A stretch of DNA of 64,000 nt from the NCBI GenBank assembly GCA_963816395.1, contig CAWFKQ010000012.1, forward strand, positions 2,155 through 66,154. Reading direction: 5' to 3'. Source of the DNA: an uncultured delta proteobacterium. GTDB lineage: Bacteria; Desulfobacterota; Desulfuromonadia; Desulfuromonadales; JACZKF01. Positions 30,993-42,600 of this stretch are shown piece after piece; the stretch's first letter is position 1; every line of letters starts with the position of its first letter. The notes beneath the pieces were generated by a model, which ran no database searches, was not told the origin of the DNA, and saw only the letters and a program-made list of their open reading frames with translations. A program made the translations under genes and the position numbers.

Positions 30993-31439
30993 CTACAGGG
31001 GTTTGCGGACGGTCATGACCGGGATGGGCGACTTGCGGACCACCTTCTCGGCGGTGCTGCCGAACAGCATGTGGTCCAGACCGGTACGGCCGTGGGTGGC
31101 CATGACGATCAGATCGGCGGCGAGTTCCACACCCTTTTTGATGATTTCGTCGTAGGGAATCCCCGGCAGAATGAAGGTCTCGTAGTTATCGAAATCACGC
31201 ACATGGGTGCGGCAGAATTTTTCCATCATCTTCTGCGCCCCCTGCTCGATCTCCTCCTCCAGCTTGTCGAAGGAGATATGCGGGACATAGAAACCACGAA
31301 GATCAACCGGTTCGTTGATCACATGAACGATAATCAGCCGCGCCTGGAAATTCTTTGCCAGGGAGATGGCATACTGGAAGGCATGGTCCGAACTTTCCGA
31401 AAAATCGGTGGCAAACAAGATATTCCTGAATTCCTTCAT
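30993..31439 (-). CDS. Universal stress protein
   Basis: ILFATDFS and DLIVMATHGRTGL..LFGSTAEKVVR motifs. Confidence 0.95.
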   Translation of the reverse strand: MKEFRNILFATDFSESSDHAFQYAISLAKNFQARLIIVHVINEPVDLRGFYVPHISFDKLEEEIEQGAQKMMEKFCRTHVRDFDNYETFILPGIPYDEIIKKGVELAADLIVMATHGRTGLDHMLFGSTAEKVVRKSPIPVMTVRKPL

Positions 31440-31458
31440 GTTTTTCTCTCCGTCGCAA

Positions 31459-31851
31459 TTAGGCAAGCCGCGCCGGCGCACTGTCGCCGAAAATTTTCTG
31501 CATCACGGATTTGAGTTCGTCCAGTTTAACCGGCTTATGGATATATTCGAAAGCCCCCAGATTCATCGCTTCCAGGTAGGATTCCACTCCCCCGTAGGCA
31601 GTAATCATAATCACATGGGTGCTGGGATGATGCCGGTTGAGTTCCCGCAGGAACGCCAGGCCGTTCATCTCCGGCATGTTGATATCAGTGATGACCAGGT
31701 TCACTTCGCGACGACGGAGAAAATCGAGAGCCTCGTAGCCGTTGGCCACGCCATGCACTTCGTATCCTTCCTGAGAGAGTAGTTTGCTCAGGCCGAAACG
31801 GGCGTTTTCTTCGTCATCGACGACCAATATACTCTTGCTCTTCTGACCCAA
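31459..31851 (-). CDS. Single-domain response regulator
   Basis: ILVVDDE, TDINMP, ITAYG and YIHKP; probable TTG start after GGGGAG. Confidence 0.9.
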   Translation of the reverse strand: MGQKSKSILVVDDEENARFGLSKLLSQEGYEVHGVANGYEALDFLRRREVNLVITDINMPEMNGLAFLRELNRHHPSTHVIMITAYGGVESYLEAMNLGAFEYIHKPVKLDELKSVMQKIFGDSAPARLA

Positions 31852-31954
31852 GACAGAACTCTCCCCGTAAATTTCATTACAGTTTAGCAACCGGCCGTGT
31901 ACTGTCAAGTCTGAGCGGGTAAAGTATGAGTAATTTCGATTATTTAAAACAATT

Positions 31955-32779
31955 TTATAAAACAGCTGGCGCCCTCTGCCAGAGGGCGATCAGCCGGCGA
32001 GCCAGGGAAACGAAATGTGCCGCCGACCGCTGGGCTGTCTGCAGGACATCGGCATGGTCCAGCGGTCCGGCGAGTCCCGCCGCTGGATTGGCCACCAGGG
32101 AAAGGCCTGCCACCTCAAGTCCCAGATATTTCCCCATAATCGCCTCGGGGACGGTGGACATGGAGACGGCGTCCGCCCCGAGTATACGCAACATTCGAAT
32201 TTCGGCCGGGGTTTCGTAGGAGGGTCCGGGCAGCGCGGCCAGGGTCCCCCGGTGCAGAGGAATCTGCTCCTGCCCGGCCCATTCCTGGAGGGGAGGGAAA
32301 AGATCGATCCGATAGAGATGGGAGAGGTCGAGGAAGGAATGCGGAAGTCCGCGCAGGGGGTTTTCCCCCAGCAGGTTGAGATGGTCGGCGATGAACATGA
32401 AATCGCCGGGAGCGAACTGCGGGTGAATGCCGCCGGCGGCATTGGTCAGGAGCAGCCGGCGGCAGCCGAGGGCATGAGCCAGCTGCACCGGCAGAGTGAC
32501 CTGGTGGGCGGAATAACCCTCGTAGAGATGGCAGCGTCCCTCAAAAAGCAGAACCCGCCAGCCGAGGAGGGTGCCCGCAACCAGCCGGCCGGCATGGCCC
32601 GGGACCGTCGCCGGTGGGAAACAGGGGAAATCTTCATAGGAGAAGAAGGCGGGCGTCTCGACCTCCCCGCTCAGAGCGCCAAGTCCGGAGCCGAGCACCA
32701 CGGCCAGATCGAAAGCTGCCGCGCCGGCGGCCTCCTGGACAGCCGCCAGCAGCTCGGCCGTATCCGGTGCCAGGTTCAT
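31955..32779 (-). CDS. Purine-nucleoside phosphorylase (trimeric PunA/XapA type)
   Basis: VLGSGLG, GRCHLYEG, TNAAGG, GPSYETPAE and MSTVPE motifs. Confidence 0.93.
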   Translation of the reverse strand: MNLAPDTAELLAAVQEAAGAAAFDLAVVLGSGLGALSGEVETPAFFSYEDFPCFPPATVPGHAGRLVAGTLLGWRVLLFEGRCHLYEGYSAHQVTLPVQLAHALGCRRLLLTNAAGGIHPQFAPGDFMFIADHLNLLGENPLRGLPHSFLDLSHLYRIDLFPPLQEWAGQEQIPLHRGTLAALPGPSYETPAEIRMLRILGADAVSMSTVPEAIMGKYLGLEVAGLSLVANPAAGLAGPLDHADVLQTAQRSAAHFVSLARRLIALWQRAPAVL

Positions 32780-32782
32780 CTT

Positions 32783-33277
32783 TCATCTCTCCAGCAGGCT
32801 GCTGACCCGGGACAGCAGCTGCTGTGGCTTGAATGATTTGCTGAGAAAATCGTCGGCGCCGGCCGCCTCGGCCTGCAGGGCATCTTTTTCCTTGCGGAAA
32901 ACCCCGCTGATCGCCAGCAGGCGCAGGTCCTTCAGAGCCGGGTCGGAACGCACTTCGCGGATCAGGGAAAAACCGTCGAGGCCGGGAAGATTGAGATCGA
33001 GAATGGTCAGCGCCGGGCGCTCCATACGGATGATCTGCAGTGCCTCGTTGCCTTCGCCGGCGGTCAGGAAAGTCACCTGCAGCGGTTGCAGCACATCGAC
33101 GATCATTTCCCGGAAGAACCTGGAGTCGTCCACCACCAGAACCTTTTTCTCCGCTTGGTCCAGGGCAACGGAAAAGAGGTGCTCGCATTTGGGGCACCTG
33201 ACACGCACCGTCTTCTTGCGGGTGGCGGCAGCATCGATCCGGTAGCGGGCCCGGCAACCAGGACATTCTATGATCAT
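32783..33277 (-). CDS. Zinc-ribbon + receiver domain protein
   Basis: CPGC...VRCPKC zinc ribbon followed by VVDD...DLNLP...SK. Confidence 0.9.
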   Translation of the reverse strand: MIIECPGCRARYRIDAAATRKKTVRVRCPKCEHLFSVALDQAEKKVLVVDDSRFFREMIVDVLQPLQVTFLTAGEGNEALQIIRMERPALTILDLNLPGLDGFSLIREVRSDPALKDLRLLAISGVFRKEKDALQAEAAGADDFLSKSFKPQQLLSRVSSLLER

Positions 33278-34256
33278 CGACCCTCCGCCAAGCCGGACAC
33301 TTCCGCGGTCTGCAGAACCAGTTCGCGATGACCGCCGAGGTTCAGCGACCGCTCGTTGATCCAGAGTCGGACCGCCGCCGGGTCAGTCAGGCGGAGGCAC
33401 GCGGTCTGCCGCACCTTCCAGCTGAGAGCGGCGGCAGCTGCCAGGTCGTAGGACTGCGGCGGCCGGTTGTCGGCGCTGAATTCGACCTGACTGGGTCCCA
33501 GGGCTTCCAGGCGCAGCCGGCTGTCGCCCGGGAAATTCAGGGTCAGCGGTTCGTTGTCTGGCGCTGAAGGGCCAACCGTGGCTGCCGGCCAGAGCCGGCA
33601 ACTCTTTTCCCGGCGGGCTGGAGTTGGCTGTCGGGGCTGTTGCCACAGGTGCTGCCGCCTTCATCGATACCATCCTTCGCCGCAGCCGTTTCTGCCGTAG
33701 CCGACCTGGTCATGCTGGAAGCGACCCCGGCAGTTGCCGCTGCCGTTGCCACGGCGGGAAGGTTGGCGTGGATTTCCTGCGCGGGTGCAGCCTCAGCTGG
33801 CTTAACTACCGTCGAGATCAAGTCCGGGGCTGCCGGCGCCGGTTTTTCCGATACCGCCGGTTTCAGGGTGACCAGAACCAGGGCGGCGGCTGTCAGCAGG
33901 CCGATCGCCAACCAGGGCAGAAATCCGCCCCTTTTCCGCTGCCGGCGAAACGCCGGCGGCGGATCCGGAGGGGCTGGCGGAATCTCGCCTGGTGCCGCCG
34001 AACCGGCGACTTGCTCTTCATACATGGCCAGCAGAGAAGCCGGCTGCAATCCCAGAGACTGGGCGTAAACCCGCAGAAAGCCGATAAGATAGGTTTCCCC
34101 GGGGAAAATATCGAAGCAGTTCGCTTCCAGGGCTTGCAGATAAGTCCGGCGAATCCTGGTGCGGGTCGCCAGTTCCTGCACGCTGAGCCCGCACTCTTCC
34201 CGTCGACTTTTGAGCAGGGATCCCAGGTCAGGCTTGTCGGCAGCGGACATCATCAT
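33274..34256 (-). CDS. RodZ-like HTH/TM protein (frameshifted)
   Basis: LGSLLKSRRE...TRIRRTYLQALE...GFLRVYAQSLGL, TM, low-complexity linker. C-terminal domain lies in other frames and ends at a TGA overlapping ATG 33277. Confidence 0.75.
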
Positions 34257-34260
34257 CCCC

Positions 34261-35001
34261 TTAGTGCAGCAGTTTCAGGTAATCGGCCGCTTTCGCTCCA
34301 AATTCGGAATCGGGAGCGAGCCGGACGACTTCCCGAAACGCCTCCATTGCCTTCGCATTATCACCCTGCCGGCGAAAGGCCAGCCCCAGGTCGTATTGGG
34401 CTCGGGCATAATCGGGCGCCGCCTTCAGCGCCTGCCGGAACTCGGTTATGGCCAACTCGTTCTTGTCGAGCGCGACGTAGGTCTCTCCCAGCATCAGGTG
34501 CGCCTGGGCATAATGGGGGTCTTGGGCAAGGGCGTTTTTGAAGGCGGAAACCGCTTCCAGGTAATCGCCTTTCTGATAATAGGCGTACCCGAGTCCGGTC
34601 AGTGCCACCACCTGGCGGGTGAACAGGAGATTTCCGGAGGCCAGGCGGAAATAGCGAATCGCCTGATCCCAGCGCTGCATATCAAGGTAGAGGGCACCCA
34701 GGTTGTTCTGCACCTGCGGGTTGTCGCGGCTGAGCTTAAGAGACCGCAGATAGTGGGCTTCCGCCTCGGGATAGGCTTTTTTTAGCTGGTAGGCCTGGCC
34801 CAGGGCGGCCTGGAGGTCGGCATCGTCGGCATTGATCTGTTCGGCCTGAAGAAATTCCTTCAGGGCCAGGGTCGGATTCTGCTCCTGCAGGTAGGAAACA
34901 CCGAGAAGGTAATAAGCTTCCGCCCGGTTGGTCTTATTCGCGGCCATTCCGCAGCCGGCCAGCATTCCGAACAGCAACACCAGGGGAAAAATCCTGCGCA
35001 C
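34261..35001 (-). CDS. TPR lipoprotein (PilF/PilW/Tgl-like pilotin)
   Basis: Lipobox LAGC and multiple TPRs; synteny with rlmN/ndk/rodZ. Confidence 0.8.
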   Translation of the reverse strand: MRRIFPLVLLFGMLAGCGMAANKTNRAEAYYLLGVSYLQEQNPTLALKEFLQAEQINADDADLQAALGQAYQLKKAYPEAEAHYLRSLKLSRDNPQVQNNLGALYLDMQRWDQAIRYFRLASGNLLFTRQVVALTGLGYAYYQKGDYLEAVSAFKNALAQDPHYAQAHLMLGETYVALDKNELAITEFRQALKAAPDYARAQYDLGLAFRRQGDNAKAMEAFREVVRLAPDSEFGAKAADYLKLLH

Positions 35002-35013
35002 GCTTTCTCCTTT

Positions 35014-35760
35014 TCAGAGGGACGCCAGAAGGCGCCCGAGGTTCTCCTGCAACCGCTGCCTTCGCGCAGCGAATTCCGCCGGGGACGGCGGCTCCCTTTT
35101 GCGCATGGATAACGGTACTGGCAGTTCTTCCATTGTTTTTCCGGATGCCGCCACCGCCGCCGGTTGCCGGTCGGCCCCCGCGGGTTTAGCTGCCGTGGGT
35201 TTGGCCGGTGCCGATTTTACCGTGACCGGTCTGGCTGGGGCTGCTTTGGTCGGGACCGGTTGGACTGGTGCCGCCTTTGGGGTCGCTGTGGCAGGGGCCG
35301 GCCTGGCCGGAGCGGGTTTGGCCGGCGATGTTCCGGGGCTTTCGTCAGGTGGCGCAACCGGCGGGGCTGCCGCCGGGGCCTGTTGGCCTCCCGTTTTCAG
35401 CGGCAGACTGTCCCACAAATCGGCTTTCGCCTTGGCCGACAGCGTCGGCAGATCAAGATCGGCCAGCATGAATCCCATCGATTCGCCGAAATTGAGACCT
35501 TCCTGCTGCAGCCGATCGGCCTCTTCCTTTCCGACTTCCCCCTCATTCAGGTAAAAAACCAGGGAGCGGCTGTCCAGCAACTCCAGAATGACGGCGCCCC
35601 GCAGCCCCTGGCCGGCCGCAAAGAGGCAGAAGTAGGCGTTCGCCTCCTGGGAAGGAAAGCCGGGCAGGGCCACCTGAATGCTGTTCAGCGAACGATGCAG
35701 CTGAAGCACCCGGGAAGGTGGCAGGTCGAGTCGGTGCATTCCCTTCTGCCAATTGAACAT
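35014..35760 (-). CDS. Hypothetical protein with Pro/Ala-rich linker
   Basis: 248 aa in operon orientation; globular N-terminus with FGESMGFM, C-terminal LGRLLASL. Confidence 0.75.
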   Translation of the reverse strand: MFNWQKGMHRLDLPPSRVLQLHRSLNSIQVALPGFPSQEANAYFCLFAAGQGLRGAVILELLDSRSLVFYLNEGEVGKEEADRLQQEGLNFGESMGFMLADLDLPTLSAKAKADLWDSLPLKTGGQQAPAAAPPVAPPDESPGTSPAKPAPARPAPATATPKAAPVQPVPTKAAPARPVTVKSAPAKPTAAKPAGADRQPAAVAASGKTMEELPVPLSMRKREPPSPAEFAARRQRLQENLGRLLASL

Positions 35761-35788
35761 CTGGTTTACCTTTGCAATTTCTGCCCGG

Positions 35789-36691
35789 TCACTCGAACTC
35801 GGTCAGCACCTTGAACTTGCGGTAGCGCTCCTCGATATCGGAGTAGGCGATGCCCCGCAGCCGGTTGAGGCTGAAGTCCTCCACTGCGAAGGAAGCCATG
35901 ACGCTGCCGAAGATGATTGCCTTGCGCATGGTCTTTTCGGAGAGGTCGCGGGTGGCGGCGAGATAGCCCATGAAGCCGCCGGCGAAGGTATCGCCCGCCC
36001 CCGTGGGATCAAAGACCGACTCCAGGGGATAGGCGGGAGCGGAAAAAATCGAATGCGCGGTGAACATGAGGACGCCGTACTCACCCCGCTTGACCACCAG
36101 GGTTTTCGGCCCCAGGGCGAGAATGGCCCGGGCCGCCTTGATCAGATTCGCTTCGCCGGCCAACTGGCGGACCTCGCCTTCGTTGATCAGCAGGATATCG
36201 ACGAAGCGCAAGGTCTGCTGCAGAGCCTCGCGCTTCCCCTCAATCCAGAAGTTCATCGTGTCGCAGGCCACCAGCTGGGGCCGGCGAACCTGCTGCAGAA
36301 CTTCCAGTTGCAATTCGGGATCGATATTGGCGAGAAAGACGAACTCGGAATCTTCATACCCCGGCGGCAGCTGCGGCCGGAAAGTTTCGAAGACATTGAG
36401 CTGGGTATCGAGGGTATGCGCCTCGTTGAGATCGTAGCCGTAGCGCCCCTTCCAGCGGAAGGTCCGCCCGGGGGCGGTCTGCACCCCGGCCAGATCGATA
36501 TTGCGGGAACGGAGAAAATCGAGATGCCCGGAAGGAAAATCCTCCCCAACCACCGCTACCAGCTTCACGTCGGTAAAGAAACTGCTGGAGGTTGAGAAGA
36601 AGGTTCCCGATCCCCCCAGGACCTCCTCGACCTGCCCGAAGGGTGTTTCCACCGAATCGAAGGCGACCGAGCCGACAACCAGGATGCCCAT
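35789..36691 (-). CDS. PfkB family carbohydrate/nucleoside kinase
   Basis: GSVAFD, INEGE, VKRGEYG and DPTGAGDTFAGG motifs. Confidence 0.94.
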   Translation of the reverse strand: MGILVVGSVAFDSVETPFGQVEEVLGGSGTFFSTSSSFFTDVKLVAVVGEDFPSGHLDFLRSRNIDLAGVQTAPGRTFRWKGRYGYDLNEAHTLDTQLNVFETFRPQLPPGYEDSEFVFLANIDPELQLEVLQQVRRPQLVACDTMNFWIEGKREALQQTLRFVDILLINEGEVRQLAGEANLIKAARAILALGPKTLVVKRGEYGVLMFTAHSIFSAPAYPLESVFDPTGAGDTFAGGFMGYLAATRDLSEKTMRKAIIFGSVMASFAVEDFSLNRLRGIAYSDIEERYRKFKVLTEFE

Positions 36692-36797
36692 GGTTCATTT
36701 CCCCCGTTTTTAAAGATAATTAAAAGCCAAAACCGGCAGCCGGCAGGGTTTTTATTCTAACCATAGCGTACGGCGCTTTGCAACCGGGTTTTCCATT

Positions 36798-37666
36798 TTA
36801 TTTCAAGTATTTTCCCACCAGAAGGGAGAGTTTCTCGCGGGTCGCCGCGGGAATCAGCTCACGGTTGGTCATGATCGCATATTGCAGGGCCGTACCGCAG
36901 CTGCAGGTGCGCTCGCCTCGCCAGCCGTTTTGCCGCCTCCCGGATGATGTTCCGGGCAGTGGCGACGTTCTGCTGAATGATGGCGACAACCGCCTCCACC
37001 GAGACGTCATCATGGCCGGAATGCCAGCAGTCGTAATCGGTGGCCAGGGCAACCGTCCCATAACAGATCTCCGCCTCCCGGGCCAGGCGCGCCTCGGGGA
37101 TATTGGTCATGCCGATGACGTCGACCCCCCAGCTGCGGTAGATCAGGGACTCGGCCCGGGTAGAGAAATTGGGCCCTTCGATGCACAGGTAGGTGCCGCC
37201 GCGGTGCACCGTCGCTCCCACCGCCCGGGCGGCCTCGCAGAGTTCCCGGGAGAGATCACCGCAGACCGGGTCGGCAAACTGCACGTGGCCGACAATCCCG
37301 TCGCCGAAGAAGGTGGAGGGCCGCTTCCCCTGCGTCCGGTCGAAGAACTGGTCGGGGATGACGATGTGGCCGGGGACGATCGCCTCCTTCATGCTGCCTA
37401 CCGCCGAAACGGAGATGATGCGCTCCACCCCCAGCTTTTTCATTCCATAGATATTGGCCCGGTAGGGAACTTCCGAGGGAAGCAGCCGGTGCCCGCGGCC
37501 GTGGCGCGGGCAGAAAAACCATCCGCACCCCGCCCAGGGTGCCGGTGACGAAGGCATCCGAGGGCGTGCCGAAGGGGGTTTCCAGGCGAACTTCCCGCAG
37601 ATCCTGGATCCCCTCGATCTCATAGAGACCGCTGCCGCCGATAACGCCGATTACAGGCTGAGTCAT
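36798..37666 (-). CDS. mtnP: S-methyl-5'-thioadenosine phosphorylase (frameshifts)
   Basis: [49 protein letters not shown] and TDYDCW spread over three frames. Confidence 0.92.
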
Positions 37667-37698
37667 GCCTTTTACCTCCAAGTAAAATTGAAAACCTG

Positions 37699-37791
37699 GT
37701 GATATGTGATATGTGATGTGTGATTTGCACATCACTTACTCCTGGTGCCTTTATGCCTTGGCATTTTACTGATCACACATCACTTATTACG
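37699..37791. repeat. Inverted heptamer repeat (GTGATAT)4 / (ACATCAC)n-like
   Basis: gtgatat gtgatat gtgatgt gtgattt ... acatcac ... atcacac atcactt attac; contains the rlmN stop. Confidence 0.75.
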
Positions 37792-38841
37792 CCTTTTTCG
37801 CCTCCGCCTTTTCCAGCTTCCCCTTCAACTGGCCGCAGGCCGCCGAAATATCCTGCCCCTTGCTGGCCCGGCGGATGGCGACGAGGCCGCGATCGAGAAG
37901 ATGGCTCTGGAAAGCCCTTACCGCCTCTTCCGCCGGGGTGCGGAAAGCGCTCCCCTGGTGTTCATTGAAAGGAATCAGGTTCACCTTGGCCTTGACCCCG
38001 TGCAGCAGCTTCACCAGCCGCCGGGCATCCTGCGAGGGAATCGTTCACCCCGCGGATCAGGATGTACTCGAAGGTGATGCGCTGGCGTGGCTGCAGGGGA
38101 TAGCGCCGGCAGGCCGCCATCAACTCGGCCAGCGGATAACGGCGGTTGACCGGCATCAGCTCGTTGCGCACGGCATCGGTGGTGGCATTGAGGGAAACCG
38201 CCAGGTTCACGCGGATGCGCCGGCCCAGTTCATCCATCTCCGGCACCAGCCCGGAGGTGGAAAGGGTCACCTTGCGCGGGCCGAAGTCGAAGCCTTCCGG
38301 GGCGTAAAGGATCTGCAGCGCCCTGACCACCTGATCGAGGTTGTGCAGCGGCTCCCCCATCCCCATGAGGACGATGTTGTTCACCGGCCCGTCTTTGACC
38401 GCGGCGCAGACCTGGTTGACGATTTCTCCCGCTTCCAGGTTCCGCAGCAGACCGAAGCTGCCGGTCAGGCAGAAGGCGCAGCCCATCGCACACCCCACCT
38501 GGGTGGAGATGCACAGGGTGGCACGCCCCTCTTCCATGGGGATGCGTACCGTCTCCACCGTCTGCCCATCGGCGAGGCGAAAGAGGTACTTTCTGGTCCC
38601 GTCCCGGCTCTCCTCGGTCGCTTCCGGGCTCCAGTCGGAGATGCTGGCCCGCGCCGCCAGGTCCTCCCGCAGTTCCTTGGCGAGGTCGGTCATGGCGGCG
38701 AAGTCGGTTACCCCCCGGCGATAGATCCAGCGCATCAGCTGCCCGGCGCGGAAACGTTCCCGGCCCAGGCCGCCGAGGAAGGACGTCAGTTCCTCGCTGG
38801 TGAGATTTTTCAGGTCGATGCGTTCCTGTCGAAGTGTCCAT
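37787..38841 (-). CDS. rlmN: 23S rRNA (A2503-C2)-methyltransferase RlmN (frameshifts)
   Basis: [47 protein letters not shown] and DISAACGQL motifs. Confidence 0.95.
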
Positions 38842-38876
38842 TTATTCGCGGCGAGGTGCCTTTTTCGCTGAATTTA

Positions 38877-38916
38877 AAAGAAAAAACCCCCCGGATTGTA
38901 ACCCGAAGGGTTTTCG
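38877..38916 (-). terminator. Rho-independent terminator after ndk
   Basis: aaaacccttcggg...ccggggggtttt followed by a T-rich tail. Confidence 0.6.
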
Positions 38917-38946
38917 CTGTACAAGGTGAAATTGCCCGGGAGAACG

Positions 38947-39361
38947 CTACAGAAGCTCCAGCCCCGAGAAGAAATAGGGGATCTCGAAGGCGGCGGTTTC
39001 CGGGGCATCGGAGCCGTGGGTGGCGTTCTCGCCAATGGAGCGGCCGAATTCCTTGCGCAGGGTGCCGGCGTCGGCTTTGCCCGGGTCGGTGGCTCCCATC
39101 AGGTCGCGCCATTTCTTGATGGCCCCTGCGCGCCTCCAGAACCATGACGATGCAGGGGGCGCTGCTCATGAAATCCGTCAGCTCGCCGAAGAAGGGGCGC
39201 TCCCGGTGCACGTAGTAGAAGCCTTCGGCTTCCACCTTGCTCAGCCAGAGCTTCTTCAGGCCGACGACCTTGAATCCTTCGGCATAGATGCGGGCAAGGA
39301 TCTTGCCGGCGCTGCCGGCAGCGAAGGCGTCCGGTTTGATAATGGCAAAGGTTCTTTCCAT
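38947..39361 (-). CDS. ndk: Nucleoside-diphosphate kinase (frameshift near 39130)
   Basis: [12 protein letters not shown] and [10 protein letters not shown]; C-terminal NATHGSD in the adjacent frame. Confidence 0.95.
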
Positions 39362-39475
39362 GTGATTTCCTCCGTGTTCCGTAGTCGCAAATGTCGCGCT
39401 TTGTAGCATCCGCGGGGGGAAAAGTCAAGAAAACCTGCCCCGAGGCGGTCTGCCAATCGGTTGAAAGTCGTTTCC

Positions 39476-39600
39476 GCAGGCTGAGCAAAAATGTCCAGAT
39501 GCAAGGCGCCTGAAACCCTGAGGAATAAGGCGTACCGCAGGTACGTCGTTGACGAAGGGTGAGGGCAACGCCGCAGATGGGCGTTTTCCCATCAGCCTGC
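39476..39600. mobile_element. MITE-like element, 125 bp
   Basis: Terminal IRs gcaggctga/tcagcctgc; internal palindrome gcgtacc-gca-ggtacgt; two cagatg copies; abuts the tamB stop. Confidence 0.6.
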
Positions 39601-42600
39601 TACCTGAATTTGATCTGGTAGTACAGATCTACCGCGCTCTGCGCTCCCGCCGAAGACTCCAGCTGCCATCTCTTGGTCAGATTGTAGCGCAGCCGCGCCT
39701 CCTGGGTGTTGCTGAACAGGGACTGGCCGAAGCTGATATAGAGATCGGGATTCAGGTATTTGCCAATGGTAATGCGCGAGGAGGTGGTGTCGCTGCCGCC
39801 GGATTCCACCTCCAGCACATCGATTCCGAGGCTCCGCTTGAGCCGGTCCTGGAGGACAGCCGATTCCCCCTTCGACAGCAGGGCGCCGGCCGCCACCATC
39901 AGCAGGTCGGTGTTGCCGCCATCCCCCTGCCCCAGGGGATGGCCGAGGACGATATAGGCAAGCACATCGGTGTCGGGCATGGCCGGCTCGGAATAGAGCT
40001 TGACCTCCGGCTGGCGCGGCGTGCCGGTGACCCGCACCCCCGCCTTGACATCGCCGATCGTTTTCAGGGCCAGGATGTCCAGGGTCGGCCGATCCACCGG
40101 GCCGCCGGCAAAGAGGACGGCGCCGCGGGTGATATCGAGATTGATTCCATAGGCGGCATACTTCCCCTGCGCCACCTTGATTTCTCCCTGGGCGGTGATC
40201 TTATCGCTGCTGAGCCCGGTCATGGTCAGCCGCAGCTCCCCTTCGAGCCGGGCATCGGCTCCCTGCGCCTTGACCAGCACATGTTTGCCGAGAACGATCC
40301 GCACCCGGACATCGAGCTCGAGAGGCAGCTGCCTCTCCGGTTTTTGCGGGGCATTCGACGATCACCACGTCGGAGCTCGGCTGAACGGGCGCCCGGGTCT
40401 CCTTGCCGGTGACCAGCATCTGCGGGATGAGAACCTCGCCGCGCACGGCGAGCTTGCGGCGGGAGCCTTCGATGGTCAGATCGGGGCTGACCTGCATCTG
40501 CATCTCCGGCAGGTTGATGACCCGGAACTCCTTCCCCTTTACCTGCAGCTGATAGCCTGCCAGCTGCCAGTCGTGCAGTTGAACGCTGCCGGTACCTTCG
40601 ATATTCCCGGATCCGGACTGTGCCCGGAAGGATTCGACGCGGATTTCCTGCCCGTTCAACCGGGCCAGCAACTGGACCTTTTCCAGGCGGACGCCGGCGG
40701 TGGGCAGATAGGCCCCGGCTTCGGCGCAGGCGCACTTCACCGCCTAGATTCGGGATCCTGCCAGAGTGCCCGCCAGGCGCAGATCGAGTCCGAGCTTGCC
40801 GCTGCTTTCCTGCACCAGACCGGGGAAGAAGGCATTCAGCAGCCCCTCCTCCTGGAGATCGGCCGTCAGCCGCCCGCGGACCGGACCGGAGGCTTCCATG
40901 GCGGTCGGCAGCCGGGCCGGCAGGGGAAGCTGGAAAGTGCCCTCGGCCCGGCCGTAATGCTCCAGGGCCAGGGTCATGTCGCCGCGCAGGTTCTCCCCCT
41001 GCCAGTTCCAGTCGAGCTTCGCCTGCCGCAGGGCGGCGGTGATCACCCCGCTTTCCCCTTCCCACTCAAGCTCGCCGCGGCGCACCTCCGAGGTCCCGGT
41101 CAGCCGCAGGCTCCGCCCCGGCAGCCATTCCCCTTCGGTGCGGCCGGCCAGCGTCCCCTCCAGGAGCATGCTGGAGGGCATCCAGGGACGCAGCAGAGCC
41201 AGGTCGAGCTTCTCCCACTGCACCTGCACGGTACCGCGCTCCGGCACCGACAGGCGGGCCGGCGCCGCGGAGCGGATCTCCCCGGCGATCTCCCCGGCCG
41301 GGGCCAGGCCGATTGTCCAGCGGCCGCGCAGACCATCTCCATTCCAGCGGAGCGCGGCCTCGGCATGGGGGATCTCCAGGGCCAGCCGGTCACGCTTCAG
41401 GCGGCCGGCCAGGTCGAGGCGCCCATCCAGGTCCACCCTTCCATCCTGCTGCCATCGGGCATCGACGCTGCCGGAGCTGTGGCCGGCGATCTCGGTCTCC
41501 GGCAGCCAGGGAGAGAGCAGGGACAGGTCCACCCCCTGCCAGCGCGCCTGGAGGTCGCCCTGCCGGGGAATGGCCAGGCGCGCCGGTTCGGCCGAGGTCA
41601 AGTGGCCGCTCGACCGCCCCCCTTCACCCAGGTCGATGTTCAGGTCGGCCGCCAGCCCCTGCTGATCCCAGGCGATCTGCGCCTTTGCCTGTCGGACCGT
41701 CAGCCGCCGCTGCTGATAAGCGACATGGCCGGACAGTTCAGCCCGCCCCGCGACCGCCAGGCTTTTATCCTCCCGCCAGCGCCCGCTGACTTCACCCGAG
41801 CTGCGGCCGTCCAGGCGGACGCCGGGCAGCCAGGGGGACAATGCCGCCAGATCCTTGAGCTGCCAGTGCGCCGTCACCTCCCCGGCCGCCGGCACCCCCA
41901 GGTGCGCCGGCAGCCCGGAGGTGGCCCGGCCGTTGAGCGCGCCCGTCCCTCCCAGGTCCGCTTCCCACGACGCCTGCATGCCGCCTGGCCCCCAGGCGAG
42001 TTCGGCCTGGAGGTCGCGGATATGCAGACTGCTGCCGCTGCGGGAAAAGCTGCCGGCAGCCTGCACCCGTCCCTGCAGGTCGAGGCGATCGCCGGGAAGC
42101 CATTCGATCCGGGCCGAACCGGAACTGCGTCCGGCCAGAGAGACATTCCTGATCCAGGGGTTGGCCCGGCGCAGGTCGAGTTCCTGCCACTCGCTGCTGA
42201 TCCGGCCGCGACGGGGCGAGAAAGCGAGGTTCGCCTCGGCCTGGAGAAATTCCTTTCCTTCTCCCTGCAGGCGGAAAGGGGAAATTTTCAGCTGGCTTCC
42301 GGCAATCCGCAAGGTCGTCGGGCTGGCCAGGGACCAGTGGCCGAAGCGCTGCCCGCCGGTTTTCAGGCTGGTTATTTCGCCATCCCAGGCCTTACGCACC
42401 GTCGTAACCGCCGCTGGCCGCCGCCCGCAATTGCATATCGGGACCGGCCAGGGACAGTTGCAGGGCATGCTCCTCGACCGTTCCCCGCATCCGCAAGCCA
42501 GCGCTGTCAAGCCGCCAGTCGCGGAAAACAACCTTGGCGAGATCCGCCTCGATGGCCACCGGCGTCCCCTTTTCCCGGTGTTCCGCCGCCAGGGAGAGGC

